This document shows, piece by piece, positions 26,383-40,491 of a stretch of 64,000 bases of DNA. The notes under the pieces were generated by a model. That model saw only the letters and a program-made list of their open reading frames with translations. It was not told where the DNA came from and did no database searches. Numbering within the stretch: the first letter of the stretch is position 1; each line of letters starts with the position of its first letter. Made by a program: the position numbers and the translations under genes. Source of the DNA: Octopus sinensis (lineage: Eukaryota); NCBI RefSeq assembly GCF_006345805.1, contig NC_043000.1, positions 2,604,001 to 2,668,000 on the forward strand, in the 5' to 3' direction.

Positions 26383-26957
26383 TAATATATTCATCTATCT
26401 GTCTGTCTCTCTGTTTCTCTGTCTGTCTATCTTTCCTTCTTTCTATATTGAATGATTCAGTTATAAAACTTGCATGCAGGACTTCAAGTTTCCGTGTCAA
26501 TGATACAATGATCACTGCTCTTTTTCAGCTTATGCAAGTCAATTACAAACACAAAAGATACCTTTATAGTTCTCTATTTCTGACGATATTGCGGTCTACA
26601 TCTTTTGTCATCACACGTGATTTGTTGATACATACATAAGTGTGTGTATGTGTGTATATTAATGTTTGTTCTTATGTGAAGTTATATTTAAAAGCAATTG
26701 ACAACAAACTGAAGGACCACTCGATATTTTTTAGCCATATACATATTATAAATTTTTATAATGCAAGGTTAACTGAAATTTTAGCTCACCACCCATCATC
26801 AGAAAGCATGATGATGGGTGGTAAGCCAAATCACTGTCAACTTTTTCCTGTGCTATATCATTTCTTTAACTCCATGCTAGTCTTCTCTACAAAATTACCA
26901 ATGTTTTTTTCTTTCTTTCTTTTCTTATCATTTTTTCTTTTTTTTGCTCTATTCCAG

Positions 26958-27060
26958 GACGTTGGGTTACAAAGAAAAAATGATTGAAATTCCCAAAGGT
27001 CATTGTTGGATGGAAGGAGACAATTATCGGAAAAGTATGGACAGTAACTACTTTGGACCA
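26958..27060 (+). CDS. IMMP2L: Mitochondrial inner membrane protease subunit 2, penultimate coding exon
   Basis: ttccAG acceptor and GTAAGT donor. The 103-nt exon encodes (R)TLGYKEKMIEIPKGHCWMEGDNYRKSMDSNYFGP, with the S26 peptidase EGD and DSxxFGP motifs. Absent from the ORF track. Confidence 0.93.
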
Positions 27061-28249
27061 GTAAGTGACACAACCCCCACAATCTAACAATTTCACTCAG
27101 GTTCATGTATGCTTAGAATTTAGAAATAGCATTGCAAAAAATTCCTTCAGATTATTTTCTATAATTAGGGATGCCAGATAGCCATAACCATATGATCAAA
27201 AATTTGCTTCACAGTTCCATAGTCCTGGGTTAGATTGCAAGTGTCTTCTACCATATTTGACTTGTGATGAAAATCAGGTAAATGGAAATTGTGCAGAAGC
27301 CTGCCAGGTGTTCCTGTTTTTATGTAGCAGACTTATACTGTTGCCCAGTTGAACACCAATAACTGACTCTCAAATGTCTTTAGTGGGTGCCATTTTGTTG
27401 TGAGCATTTGGTGAAGATCTCTACTCTGAGTATAACAAAGCATCTTTAAGTACTCCTTCCTGCTGTAACAGCAACCTATAAGAGATATTTCCTTCCCTTC
27501 TTTTCTCCTCACTAGTGTAAGTGGCATAAGAAAAGACAATTAATTAAAGACACATAATTAAGGACACTTAATTCTTGTCCTGTGGAGGCACATGGCCTAC
27601 TGGTTAGAGCAGCAGACTTGTGGTCGAGAGCTTGCAGGTTTGAATTTCAGACTGGGTGATGTGTGTGTTTATGAGTGAAACATCTAAACTCCATGCGACT
27701 CTGGCAGAAAGTAATGGCAAACTTCTAATACTTTCGCCACGACTTACTCTCACTCTTTCCTCCTGCATCTAGCAGCTCACATGTGATGGACTGGCATCCC
27801 GTCAGATGGCAAACCTATATACCAATGAAACCAGGAAACTGGGCCTTATCAGCCAGGCATGGCTCGAGAAGGAACAAACAGCAATTCTTGTACAGCTGTC
27901 TCTCAAATTCAAGAAAGATGGTTTTGCAATTCCTTGCTGAACAACCTGCATTAATTTGTTTAAAAAGCACCTTTTGAGCATGATCATTGCCAGTTCCGCT
28001 GGACTGGCTCCTGTGCAGGTGGCACATAAAAAGCACCATTTGAGTGTGGCCATTGCCAGTACTGCCTGACTGGCCCTTGTGCCGGTGGCACATAAAAGCA
28101 CCTACTGCACTCTCAGAGTGGTTGGCATTAGGAAGGGCATCCAGCTGTAGAAATTCTGCCAGATCAGATTGGAGCCTGGTGCAGCCATCTGGTTTGCCAG
28201 TCTTCTGTCAAATCGTCCAACCCATGCTAGCACGGAAAGCGGACGTTAA

Positions 28250-28281
<32 letters not shown>

Positions 28282-28612
28282 CAAATGAGCATGCTGTATA
28301 CATGACCATTTTGTAGAATTTTGTACTGGTGCCATATAAATTTGAACTCAGAATGTAGAGAATCAGAAAAATACTATAAAGCAGTTTGCTACCTTGCCAG
28401 TTAATAACAATAATAATAACAGTTTCAAATTTTGCCACAAGGGCATCAATTTTGGGCGAGGGGAAGAGTCAATTACATTGACCCCAATGTTCAATTGGTA
28501 CTTATTTTATCAACCCCAAAAGGATGAAAGGCGAAGTCAACCTTGGCGGAATTTGAACTCAGAATGCAGCGACAAGCAAAATACTGCTAAGCATATCATC
28601 CAGCACGCTAAC

Positions 28613-28649
<37 letters not shown>

Positions 28650-29520
28650 CCTTTCTACTATAGGCACAAGGCCTGAAATTTTGGTGGAAGGGGATAAGTA
28701 TATTACATTGAACCCATTACTCAACTGGTACTTAATTTATTGACCCTGAAAGGATGAAAGGCAAAGTCAACCTCGGCGGAATGTGAACTCAGAACATAGC
28801 GACAGGTGAAATACAGCTATGCATTTTGCTTGGCATGCTAACAGTTTTGTCATTTCGCCGCCTTAAGTTAATAATAATAATAATAATAATATAATAATAA
28901 TAATAATAATGACAGTAATAATGATAATGATTTCAAATTTTGTCACAAGAATTTAAATTGAGAATGTAAAGACGAAATGCCACTAAGAATTCTGCCAGCT
29001 CACTTGCTGTCTCTATTACCAGCAATTAAGATACCAAGTTAATTTTGTTGTCTTTTAGTGTGGATTAAGTGTATTTTTATTGTGCCTCAAGGACTTGAAA
29101 GATTTTTCTGTTCAAATTTAAAAGCACTAAAGAGTCTCCTCCACCCTGTATAGAGCTACTGCCCTCCTTCACAGATATCCTGCATCTCTGGGATTTCTAA
29201 AGAGTATGCATATATTCTAATGTTACCTCATAATTCTTTCCAATACTCATAGAGATGGAAGACTTGGTCCATTCTTCTGGCTTAACACTACTACCTGATA
29301 TTTGAGTTCTTTACATACATTTGATTCTGTTGCAAACAACCTAAACAAGTCTTTAGTCTGATCACAACTTACAGTTGTGATGTACGACTTCCTATTGTAA
29401 TAACTCATATTTTGTTCACTTTTCCACCCGTTTCTCCCAACCCCAACCAGTTTTAGTTTTAAACTGTAGAACTATAAAGAATGAAAACCACAACATTACA
29501 TATCACCCGTTTATATTACA

Positions 29521-29973
29521 CTAGCAGTATAGCCCGGCATTGCTCAGGTTTGTTTTTTTAGTTGCGCTTAAAACGGCAGACTTTCATGTCGCGTTAACAA
29601 AGTTTTGACATAGTTTCAATCTTTTTTGAAAAGTAAAAATTTTGCATTATGTAGCTTCTTATTCTCTTCAAGGGAACATTTTTCTGGTTGAAATACACTG
29701 AAAAATGACGACACAGCATTGAAAAAATCGTAAAAAATAGGGATTTTCATAGAAAGAAGCACCTTTTTGATGTAAATAATTTTTGGTCTTAGCATGGTCC
29801 GATTTGAACTTTTTCTTCTACGGAATGAAGAGCAAGCCTTCTTCTATCATACTCTCAATTTTGGTCAACTTGCACTGCAGGGTCTCGGAGGAGATAGTGT
29901 TAGTTGAAGGCAACCAAACCAACCACACACACACACAGACAGACACTGACAACTTCAGCTTTATATGTATAGA
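29521..29973 (-). mobile_element. Non-autonomous Helitron
   Basis: Homologous to 25999-26382 with the same termini. Confidence 0.75.
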
Positions 29974-30170
29974 TTATCCAAAATTTGCTGGCTCTACTCT
30001 GTTCTGGATACAATTACATAAGTGAGACCATTATTTACGGAAGTTGATAAAATGCAGCATCCAGACCTTAGTTCAAAGACCATAACATTTATATCAGTCA
30101 TGCCTCTTGGAGAGGCATGATTATCACAACTCAAATGTTTTATATAAATTTTAATATATTATATTTTCAG

Positions 30171-30302
30171 GTTCCCAAAGGATTAATCACTGCCAAAGTG
30201 TCTCACATTATATGGCCCCCTTATCGTTGGCAATCAATGGAAGTCATTCATACCAACCACAGACGGGTTCGACCACGCAGAAAATCATTACCATCATCAT
30301 AG
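30171..30302 (+). CDS. IMMP2L: IMMP2L last coding exon
   Basis: ttttcAG acceptor, phase 0, in frame with the previous exon: VPKGLITAKVSHIIWPPYRWQSM...LPSS*. WPPxRWQ is typical of Imp2/IMMP2L. Confidence 0.92.
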   Translation, partial: VPKGLITAKVSHIIWPPYRWQSMEVIHTNHRRVRPRRKSLPSS

Positions 30303-30560
30303 CATCTCACACCTGTATCAATTTGATGGTTTATCAGTAGAAGATGTGTGAATGACCTGAGGTAACATTGTAGTAACCTGTCCATGTTGTAAAACAACAT
30401 GTAAACTGTGTTGTAGGGGTTTTTTTTACATCTTTTGGGGAGTAATTCTCTCTCAGTCTCTATCCAATACAAAGAATATCACCACTTCTGCTCATGATGC
30501 TGTTTCATAACTACATGAAATCACATTCTAAAATATCAACAATTACCCAAACTTAGAGGA

Positions 30561-30566
30561 AATAAA
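30561..30566 (+). promoter_or_regulatory. Candidate polyadenylation signal of IMMP2L
   Basis: AATAAA about 260 nt after the stop codon. Confidence 0.5.
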
Positions 30567-31245
30567 ACATTATTCTCGAGCATCTTCACTCATTTTTCTT
30601 GCACTATATTTATAAAATTTCCGTCATGTATTCTGGATATTGTGTGACATATATATCGTTTATCTTTTACTTATTGCAGTCATTGGCACGTAAAAAGGCA
30701 CATAAAAAGCACCCACTACACTCACGGAGTGGTTGGCGTTAGGAAGGGCATCCAGCTGTAGAAACATTGCCAGATAAGACCAGAGCCTGGTGCAGCCTTC
30801 TGGCTTCCCAGATCCCCGGTCGAACCGTCCAACCCATGCTAGCATGGAGAACGGACGTTAAACGATGATGATGATGATGATGATGATGATTGGCCTGTGG
30901 CTATGCTGGGGCACCACCTTGAAGGGTTTGGTCAGACAAATTAACCCTGGTACTTATGTTGTTTTTTTTTAAATCTAGTACTTATTCTATTGATCTCTTT
31001 AAATGAGTTGCTAAGTTATGGGGACATAAACAAACTAACACCAGTTGTCATGCTGTGGGAGGGATGCAAACACCCATACATACACGCACACAATCTAATT
31101 GAGAGAAAATACATGGCTTTGCCTTTTGGCCAACATTGAAGAGGATGAGACCCCACTAGTTTGAAATTACAGTACTTTGTCTGAACTACATGTACCTTTG
31201 AGGGGTTATAACAACAAAACTGTTTTAGAAGAAGGGCCACATATA

Positions 31246-32773
31246 CACTGAGCTGCAAAATAAATGCGATTTTTTCAAATGTCATTTTTATATGTTAAAT
31301 TCTGAAAATTTATTTCGGGGATGTAAGTGTAAATAATCCAAGACATGCTGATTTATGGCTGAGACCCAAATTGCAGGTGACCTTTCAACTTTCCCTGAAA
31401 CAAAACGCCAAAGCGCAGCAGCGTTGAATGCCATGGATGGCAGTCACAAACAATTCTCATGAAAACCGAAATGCACGTGCATCTTGTGGAGTTTATGGGT
31501 ATAAAAATCAACTTGGACCGTGTTCCTGGCATTCGTAATTTGGACGCATCTGGTATGACCTGATTGTCAGCAGTGCAGAGAGAACAAGCTATCGGCCAAT
31601 TGCAGGCAGAGCAGCGTGCCCTGGTTGTTGCAAAAGCTTACAATGTCCATGTCAGCACCATCTGTTGCTTGCAATAGTTATACAACACTGACAGCACTGC
31701 AGACCATGCCTGCAGAGGGCACCCCTAAGTGACCATGCTTAGGCAGGACCACTTCATCCACTTGCAACACCTCTGTAATCACTTCAGGTCAGCCGGTGTG
31801 ACAGCTTGCAAGACCATTGGCATTGGACAGCGACTACACGGTACGACATCGACTGGCCGCCAACAATCTGTGTTGCCATCATCTTGCTTGAGGGCCTGTC
31901 CTCACCACGTGCTACTGTCAGGCACAACTACAGTGGGCTACACAGCACTGACATTGGCGGCATCAACAATGGAGGTCAATAGTCTTCTCTGATGAGAGTC
32001 GGTACTGCGTTTCCACCTTGGCTGGCAGAGTGAGGGTGTGGTGTAGAAGAGGTGAACACTACAGAGATGCATGTGTTATGGAGAGAGACACATGGGGTGG
32101 CCAAAGCATTATGGTTTGGGATGCTATAGAACTGAATCAGAGAATTGGGTCCCATGTGTTCCAATATGTTGGTGCAGGCAGAGGGGAATGGCATCACAGT
32201 GCAGCACTACATTGACCAGATCCCAAGACCTCATATTGTGCCCGTCTTTGCGTGTCACTATAGCCACTTGTTCCAGCAGGGCAATGTTCCCTTCCACATG
32301 GCTAGGGTCACCATGGACTTCCTACGTCAGCACAACATCAGAACCATGCTGTGACCGGCTCTCAGCCCAGATTTGAACCCAATTGATCACCTATGGGATG
32401 AAATCCAGAGGGGGCTGAACCAGGTGGTCCCTAGGCCGACAACTTGTGTGGAAATGGAGGCAGTTTTCTTCAGGGTTTGGGCACAAGTGCCAATGGCTTT
32501 TGTGAACCACCTCATGCACTCCATGTACCTTCAGTGTATGGCTGTTTTAAACACCCAGGGAGGGCATACACAGTATTGTACATACCATGCCCTACAATCG
32601 CGATGTACTGAATCCACCCACTATCAGAACACATGACAATGACCCATTGACTGAGGTCAAAGTGCATCCAAGAAACCGACATGATCAGATTTATCAGAAT
32701 TTATCTCTGATATAATGAAATTAAAACATATTTCACAGTCACACACATCGCATGTTTCTTTTGCAGTTCAGTG
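31246..32773 (+). mobile_element. Full-length degenerate Tc1-like transposon
   Basis: TA-flanked imperfect TIRs (cactgagctgcaaaa / ttttgcagttcagtg); disrupted transposase with FQQGNVP and SPDLNPIDHLWD. Confidence 0.88.
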
Positions 32774-34475
32774 TATTTCCTTATTTAAAACTCAATCTTT
32801 TCTACTCTCGGCACAAGGCCCGAAATTTTGGGGGAGGGGGCCAGTCGATTAGATCAACCCTAGTATGCAACTTGTACTTAATTTATCAACCCCAAAAGGA
32901 TGAAAGGCAAAGTCGACCTTGGCGGAATTTGAACTCAGAAATACCACTAAGCATTTTGTCCAGCATGCTAACATTTCTGCTGCCTTTATTTAGAGCTCAT
33001 TACTTCAAATAATGTGAAGGCATGTGGCTTAGGGACTAGGGTATTCGGCTCATGATCATAAGGTCGTCTGTTCAATTCCTGGTGACATGTCGTGTCCTTC
33101 AGCAAGACACTTTAATTTTACATTGCTCCAGTCCACTCAGCTGGCAAAAATGAGTAGTACCTGTAATCCAAAGGGCCAGCCTTGTCACAATCTGTGTCAC
33201 TCTGAATCTTCCTGAGAACTATGTTAAGGGGACATATGTCTGTGGAGTACTCAGTCACTTGCATGTTAATTTCACGAGCAGGAGTGGCTGTGTGGTAAGT
33301 AGCTTGCTTACCAACCACATGGTTCTGGGTTCAGTCCCACTGCATGGCACCTTGGTTAAGTGTCTTCTACTATAGCCTCGGGCCAACCAAAGCCTTGTGA
33401 GTGGATTTGGTAGACGGAAACTGAAAGAAGCTCGTCGTATATATTTATATATATATGTGTGTGTGTATGTATATGTTTGTGTGTCTGTGTTTGTCCCCCC
33501 AACATCGCTTGACAACCGATGCTGGTGTGTTTACGTCACCCGTAACTTAGCAGTTCAACAAAAGAGACGGATAGAATAAGTCCTGGGGTTGATTTGCTCG
33601 ACTAAAGGCGGTGCCCCAGCATGGCCGCAGTCAAATGACTGAAACAAGTTAAAGAGTAAAAGAGTATGCCTTTGTGTCTGTGTTTGTCTCCTGCTGCCAC
33701 TTGACAACCAGAATTGGTGTGTTTACATCCCCATAACTTAGCAGTTTGGCAAATGAGACCAATAGAATAAGTAACAGGCTTTAAAAAAAATGCAAGTCCT
33801 GGGGTCAATCTATTCAACTCAAAACCCTTCAAGACAGTGCCCGTCATATATATATATGTGTTTGTGTGTCTGTGTTTGTCCCCCAACATCGCTTGACAAC
33901 CGATGTTGGTGTGTTTACGTCCCCGTAACTTAGCGGTTCGGCAAAAGAGACCGATAGAATAAGTACTAGGCTTCCAAAGAATAAGTCCTGGGGTCGATTT
34001 GCTCAACTGAAGGTGGTGCCCCAGCATGGCCACAGTCAAATGACTGTTCCGTTGATCAGGTCAACTGGAATCCTTGCCATCGTTACAAACACAGTTCCAG
34101 TTACTCCAAATACAATACATGTCGTATAATTCCACTTCTAGCAATTCCCCACCAACATCTGTCCTGTATACAGGAAGCAATGTTACTGGTATTATCTTTA
34201 TATGTTTATGCTGCTGGATTTTTACAGGCTATATATAACTATTGTATTAGGGAAGCTATATGTTCTGATTGTTAGCTAGGTGCTGGCATATTTAATTAGG
34301 TAAGCCATGAAATTTTAATTAATTAAAATTAGAGCATCTGTGGTGTGAACAATAATTATCTAAATTGGGCTAAACACTGGCGTGTGTATATGTGTGTGTC
34401 TGTGTATATATAAATATATATGTGCTATGTATATACACGATATATATATATATATATATGCCTTGTATACACATG

Positions 34476-34509
<34 letters not shown>

Positions 34510-34687
34510 ATAGTGTGCTGATATCAAACAGTGAGAATGAGTCCTCCACACAGCGATGGTGGATAAATATCCTTTATTTGTGGATTAATAAAGCAACCAG
34601 TTGTTTCATGTTGAAAATATCTTCACAATTATTCAAGGGATCCACTTGGGAACATTGGTAAATGTCTCCACTTTCAATTATATATAT

Positions 34688-34755
<68 letters not shown>

Positions 34756-34855
34756 TGATTTTTCTGTGCTTGCCTGGGTCAGATAGAATTTCTTGAGACA
34801 GATTTTCTATGGTCAGTTTACCTTCTTGGTGCCCACCCTCACTTGTTTCCATGTA

Positions 34856-35290
34856 AAATATTAAAATTACTAAGTCTCTCTAAAGCGACAGCTTTAGTCT
34901 TATGTTTATAAGACTGCCATATAAGTATGGCGATAAATATTAATTTCAAGTAATACTGCCGTAATCTCCTTTAGAGAGACTTAGCAATTTTAATATTTCT
35001 ATTATTGAAAACAAGTGGATGTATTCCACTGAAACTAGGTAAATAGATTCTTCGAACAGGGACAGTCAGTAGCGACACCTGCTGGGTCTGACTACGCTGC
35101 ATTGATAAAGGGCAAATACCCTGAAACATGTCTGCAGCTGTCTGACTGGCAGGATGAAGCGGCTGACCTCCCCTGTTCGAAGGTTTATAATGGATGCAGG
35201 TTGTGTGTCAAATAGCTAGCTTGAGGCGGTGGCCTCTTGGAGCTAATCAGCGACAGTTTTAGTCTTATATTTATAAGACTGCCATATAAG
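34856..35290 (+). mobile_element. Hammerhead-containing element with a 365-bp direct repeat (pLTR/retrozyme-like), interrupted by a LINE
   Basis: agcgacag..tagtcttat..ataagactgccatataag occurs at 34884 and 35249; the sequence resumes at 38442-38466. Confidence 0.65.
35096..35138 (+). ncRNA. Minimal type I hammerhead ribozyme, U3-A8 core variant
   Basis: GCTGCA-TTGATAA-AGGG(CAAATA)CCCT-GAAA-CATG-TC-TGCAGC: 6-bp stem I, 4-bp stem II, palindromic loop III, GUC cleavage site. Confidence 0.8.
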
Positions 35291-38200
35291 ACTGGCACAA
35301 AAGATTGTACAGCAGCTAACCTGGCTTCATCAAACCCAAGCTCACAGATGGGACTACCCTCAATATACAAGACCACCACAGCAAACAGACCCAAGGTGGA
35401 CACCGTCGGCAACAACATACACCTCACCTCGATGCTCCTACTGAACATCAGAGGACGGCAAACACTCAATAACAGGACAAAAATCCCGTTCTTGAGAGAC
35501 TTTGTTGCATGCAATCAAGCCTTATGCATAGCACTTACGGAAACGCACCTGAAACCGGACATAGCAGATGCAGAATTACACATACCACAGTATGTTGTAC
35601 TACGGACCGACAGAAAAGAAAGGAGTCATGGAGGAGTTGCTATGTACATCCATGAGGACCTCACACCCCAGGTCCTTTTGTCATACTCAAACTCGTGTGT
35701 GACACACTAATTGTACATATAAGGCAACTTGATGTAGTTGTGTGTGTTACATATCGCCCTCCAGATGCCCCAAGCCATGTAGGCAAGTTTGAAGACTGCC
35801 TTATAAAAATAGAAGTTCTGATTACATTAGAACAACACATAAGTGTACTTCTTATGGGAGACTTCAATCTACCCAATGTCAGATGGCCCGAGGGCCTTTC
35901 TCTCCCAGGAATGACAAGATGTGAACGAGGACAGGCGAGGTCCCTCCTGAACCTCATCAACACCCTGTACATGGAGCAAGTAATACTCCAACCAACCAGG
36001 GCAGGTAACACACTGGATCTCTGCTTCACAAATAATATGGATCTCATCCATAATGTGAAAGTGACACCGACACTACTCTCGGATCACAACATGGTAGAGC
36101 TGACCATGTACGGGCCAAAGGAAAGCATGGACATGCAGCCTACAAGAAACCCTCAGAATCTTTCCAGCTTGAACTTCCATAAGGCAAACTGGAAACAAAT
36201 TGAGAAAGAGATCCTCAAACAAAACTGGCCTGAATGCCTCCCCTCGCCAGACATCGACGTGAAACTTCAACAATTCATGTCTGTAATGCAAGCCATATGC
36301 TACAAATGTGTCCCAGAGAGAAAGGCCACTGTACACAAGAACAAAATCCCCAGAGAGAGGAAAATTTTAATGAGACGGCGTACAAAAATTTCAAATCGTA
36401 TAAACAAACAAATTGAAAGCAGTGAAAAGTCCTGCCTGAAATTAAAACTGTTGGAAATTGAAAAATGTCTGCAACTCTCCCATGAAAAGGAAAGAGCAGA
36501 CAAAGAAGCCTGGGCTATAGACAACATAAAATCTAACCCCAGAGCTTTCTACAGGTATGCCAAAGAAACAGCTACGGTGCACTGTAGGATAGGGCCACTC
36601 CTTGTAAAGGATGGCACACTCACAGGAAAACCAATAAGGGTAAGTGAAATACTGAATGAGCAATTCAAGAGTGTTTTCACTCCACCCCTTGGGCATTTCC
36701 AAATCACCAATCCAACTGACTTCTTTACCACTGCAGATATAAAATCAGAGGCGGCGACGATAAATTACATCGATATAAAGGAAGACGATGTAATAAAGGC
36801 TATAGATGAAATGAAAACAGACTCAGCTACTGGCCCCGATGGATTCCCGGCAATCCTCCTAAAAGTATGTAAGAGAGTCCTAGCAAGACCACTGCAGTCT
36901 CTCTTTCAGAGCTTCCTTGCAGCTGGCAAACTTCCAAGAAAACTGAAAGAAGGTAAAATATGCCTTATTCATAAAGGAGGTAGCAGAGTGGAGGCCAAGA
37001 ACTACAGACCTATCTCTCTGACCTCACACATCAGCAAGGTCACGGAATGAATAGTCAGAAGGAAACTGATCACCTTCCTTGAAGAAAATGACTTGCTGCC
37101 TGACACCCAACATGGTTTCCGACCAGGGAGAAGCTGCTTAACTCAGCTCCTACAACACTATGACTGGGTGCTGAAACGACTGCTCAACCACTCTAATGTG
37201 GAAGTGATATATCTTGACTTTGTAAAGGCCTTTGATAAAGTCGATCATGGAATGATATGTCACAAACTGCGTGATCTTAGCATAGTTGGAAAACTGGGAG
37301 AATGGCTTCATGACTTTCTGAAAGATAGAAGTCAGGTGGTAGTAGCCAATGGGGCCACTTCCATTAACACGCAAATAGTGAGCGGTGTTCTGCAGGGCAC
37401 TGTTTTGGGACCACTACTGTTCATAATGGCCCTCTCAGACATGCCCTCAGCCACGCAGAGAGCCACGATCACAAGTTATGCAGATGATACAAAAGTTTCA
37501 CAGGCAATACAGAACCCTAAGGACACTAAACGCCTGCAATGTGAGCTGGACGAAATATACAAGTGGGCTGAAAAGAATAGCATGCAGTTTAATGCTGAAA
37601 AGTTTCAAGCTTTATACTATCAGCATGCAAAACTAAATGCAATACCCAATGAATACACTGGACCGGAGGAATTGCAATCCCAGACCTGGGTATTTACATG
37701 AGTGATGACGCAACCTTTCGTGTACATGTTGCTAAATTGGCAATGAAATATAGACGACTGGCCGGATGGATTCTCAGAACCTTTAGAACAAGAGAACAAG
37801 AAACCATGATGGTCCTCTGGAGGACACTTGTCCTAAGCCACTTTGACTATTGCTCTCAGTTATGGTCACCATCCAGTGTCAAGTTGATCACAGAACTTGA
37901 GGCGATCCAATGTAGCTACACGAAGAAGATAGCCTCTATGCAGAATATAAGCTACTGGGAAAGACTCAAGAGATTAAAACTATATTCCTTGGAGCGTAGG
38001 CGGGAAAGATATGCCATAATATACATCTGGAAGATGTATATTACATCGAGAATTACACAAATGCCAGAACTGGGCGCCACTGTGTGGTGCCTAGGACTAC
38101 AAATTTGCCATCAAGATGTAGGACAAGATACTGTGATAGCCTGGGCTTCCGAGACCCACAGCTCTTCAATATCCTCCCGAAGAACCTAAGAGACCTGCAT

Positions 38201-38441
38201 GGGGTGGATGCAGATGTCTTTAAAATGAAACTGGATCTCTTCCTGTCAGGTATCCCAAATGAACCAACTTCACGGCAGGAGGTGCAGATGAGGGCAGCCG
38301 CATCGAACTCTCTCATGCACCAAATGGCAGTTGCTAAAAAGCATTCGTGAAGTAAAACCATGTAGCAACACCAAATGGCGGTGCCCCAGCATGGCCACAG
38401 CTCATGAGCTGAAACTAGAATCAATCAATCAATCAATCAAT
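35291..38441 (+). mobile_element. CR1-group LINE, ORF2 (APE endonuclease + RT) nearly complete but disrupted
   Basis: ALTETHL, GDFNLP, SDH, YLDFVKAFD and YADD motifs. Frameshift about 35695, stop at 37048, further lesions about 37685 and 38040. 3' stem-loop and (AATC)n tail. Confidence 0.95.
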
Positions 38442-38467
38442 CATATGTATGGCGATAACTATTAATA

Positions 38468-38498
<31 letters not shown>

Positions 38499-38528
38499 CT
38501 GTAAATGTGACAATTATTCGGTAGCCAT

Positions 38529-38589
38529 GATAAAATTCTGAGTTTCAGATGTCGGGGCGGAAACCCGTGCCAGCATCTCTTCAGTTATC
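38529..38589 (-). ncRNA. Hammerhead-like motif, second copy of the 10619 family
   Basis: Minus strand GATAA-CTGAAGA-GATG...CCGACATC-T-GAAA-CTCAGAA-TT-TTATC; stem I is GATAA/TTATC. Confidence 0.5.
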
Positions 38590-39039
38590 GGGCCATTGAA
38601 AAAATGCTATGAAAATGACCGTTTTATATATATATATATATATATATATACTCTGTACTCTTTTACTTGTTTCAGTCATTTGACTGCAGCCATGCTGGAG
38701 CACTGCCTTTAGTCGAGGAAATCGACCCCCAGGACTTATTCTTTGTAAGCCTAGTACTTATTCTATCGGTCTCTTTTGACGAACCGCTAAGTGACGGGGA
38801 CGTAAAAAAACCAGCATCAGTTGTCAAGCGATGTTGGGGGGACAAACACACACACATATATATACATATATACGACGGGCTTCTTTCAGTTTCCGTCTAC
38901 CAAATCCACTCACAAGGCTTTGGTCGGCCTGAGGCTATAGTAGAAGACACTTGCCCAAGGTGCCACGCAGTGGGACTGAACCCGGAACCATGTGGTTGTT
39001 AAGCAAGCTACTTAGCACACAGCCACCCTGCGCCTATAC

Positions 39040-39076
<37 letters not shown>

Positions 39077-40491
39077 GTGGTGCTCCAGTATGACCACGGC
39101 CGCCTGGTTGAAATGCGTGATAATATGTGTATATATAAGGCCTTCTTTTACAACAGTAAAGAGACTACTACAGAGAACATATTTCATGAAATTTTATATT
39201 TATCACAAGAGATAAATTGGATTCTTCCCGTGAAGCGTACTATAATGTAAGGGAGATAATTAACAACCAGAGTACCATATTACTTCCCTGGCATCCGTAG
39301 AGTTGCAAAATTGCTTCGTGAATCACAATTTTTAAATGTTGGCAAGCAAGGAAAGGACGAGGCAATCAGATAAAAGGAAAAGACAGTTTTATTGTTGTGA
39401 TATGTGAAGTTATGTATCGGTATCTCTTTTCTCTTTTACTCGTTTCACTCATTTGACTGCGGCCATGCTGGAGCACCGCCTTTAATCGAGCAAATCGACC
39501 CCGGGACTTATTCTTTTGTAAGCCCAGTACTTATTCTATCGGTCTCTTTTGCCGAACCGCTCAGTAACGGGGACATAAACACACCAGCATCAGTTGTCAA
39601 GCAATGCTAGGGGGACAAACACAGACACACAAACACATACACACATATATATATATATACGACAGGCTTCTTTCAGTTTCCGTCTACCAAATCCACTCAC
39701 AAGGCATTGGTCGGCCCGGGGCTATAGCAGAAGACACTTGCCCAAGATGCCACGCAGTGGGACTGAACCCGGAACCATGTGGTTGGTTAGCAAGCTACTT
39801 ACCACCTGCGCCTATATATACATTTGTGTGCATTTTTATGTGTGTGTAATGTATACAAGTGCATGCATGTCTGAATTTGTACAGAAGTTCCTTTCACAGC
39901 CACATAATTAGTGACATGTTTAATAATTCATGCATTAGAAGAGCTAGTACCTAAGATCAATTATTGGTAGAAATTTAGTGTACATAATCATAATCTATCT
40001 ATCTATCCATCCATCCATCCATACACACACACACACATACTAATATACATACATGCCACTTAACCCTTATACACATATGTACATATATATACACACACAC
40101 ATACATCCGTACATATACAAACATGGTATACACATACATGTGTACACACACACACATATATGCATGTACACACATACATATAAACATGCACATATACAAA
40201 TATATGCATATACATACACACATATATACATCTACACCACATATACACACCTACACAACTGTACTAACATACTCAGATGTACATGCACGTGGATGTATGT
40301 TTACATACTCATACGCACATATATATATACATGTGTGCACAGATATATACATACACCCCAACCACTTACACACACATGTAAACACATAAGAGGGTGTACA
40401 TCTGTATAAACATATTCCTATATTTTATACATACACACATACATACCTGCACACACACATACATGTATATATACACCTATACATACATATG

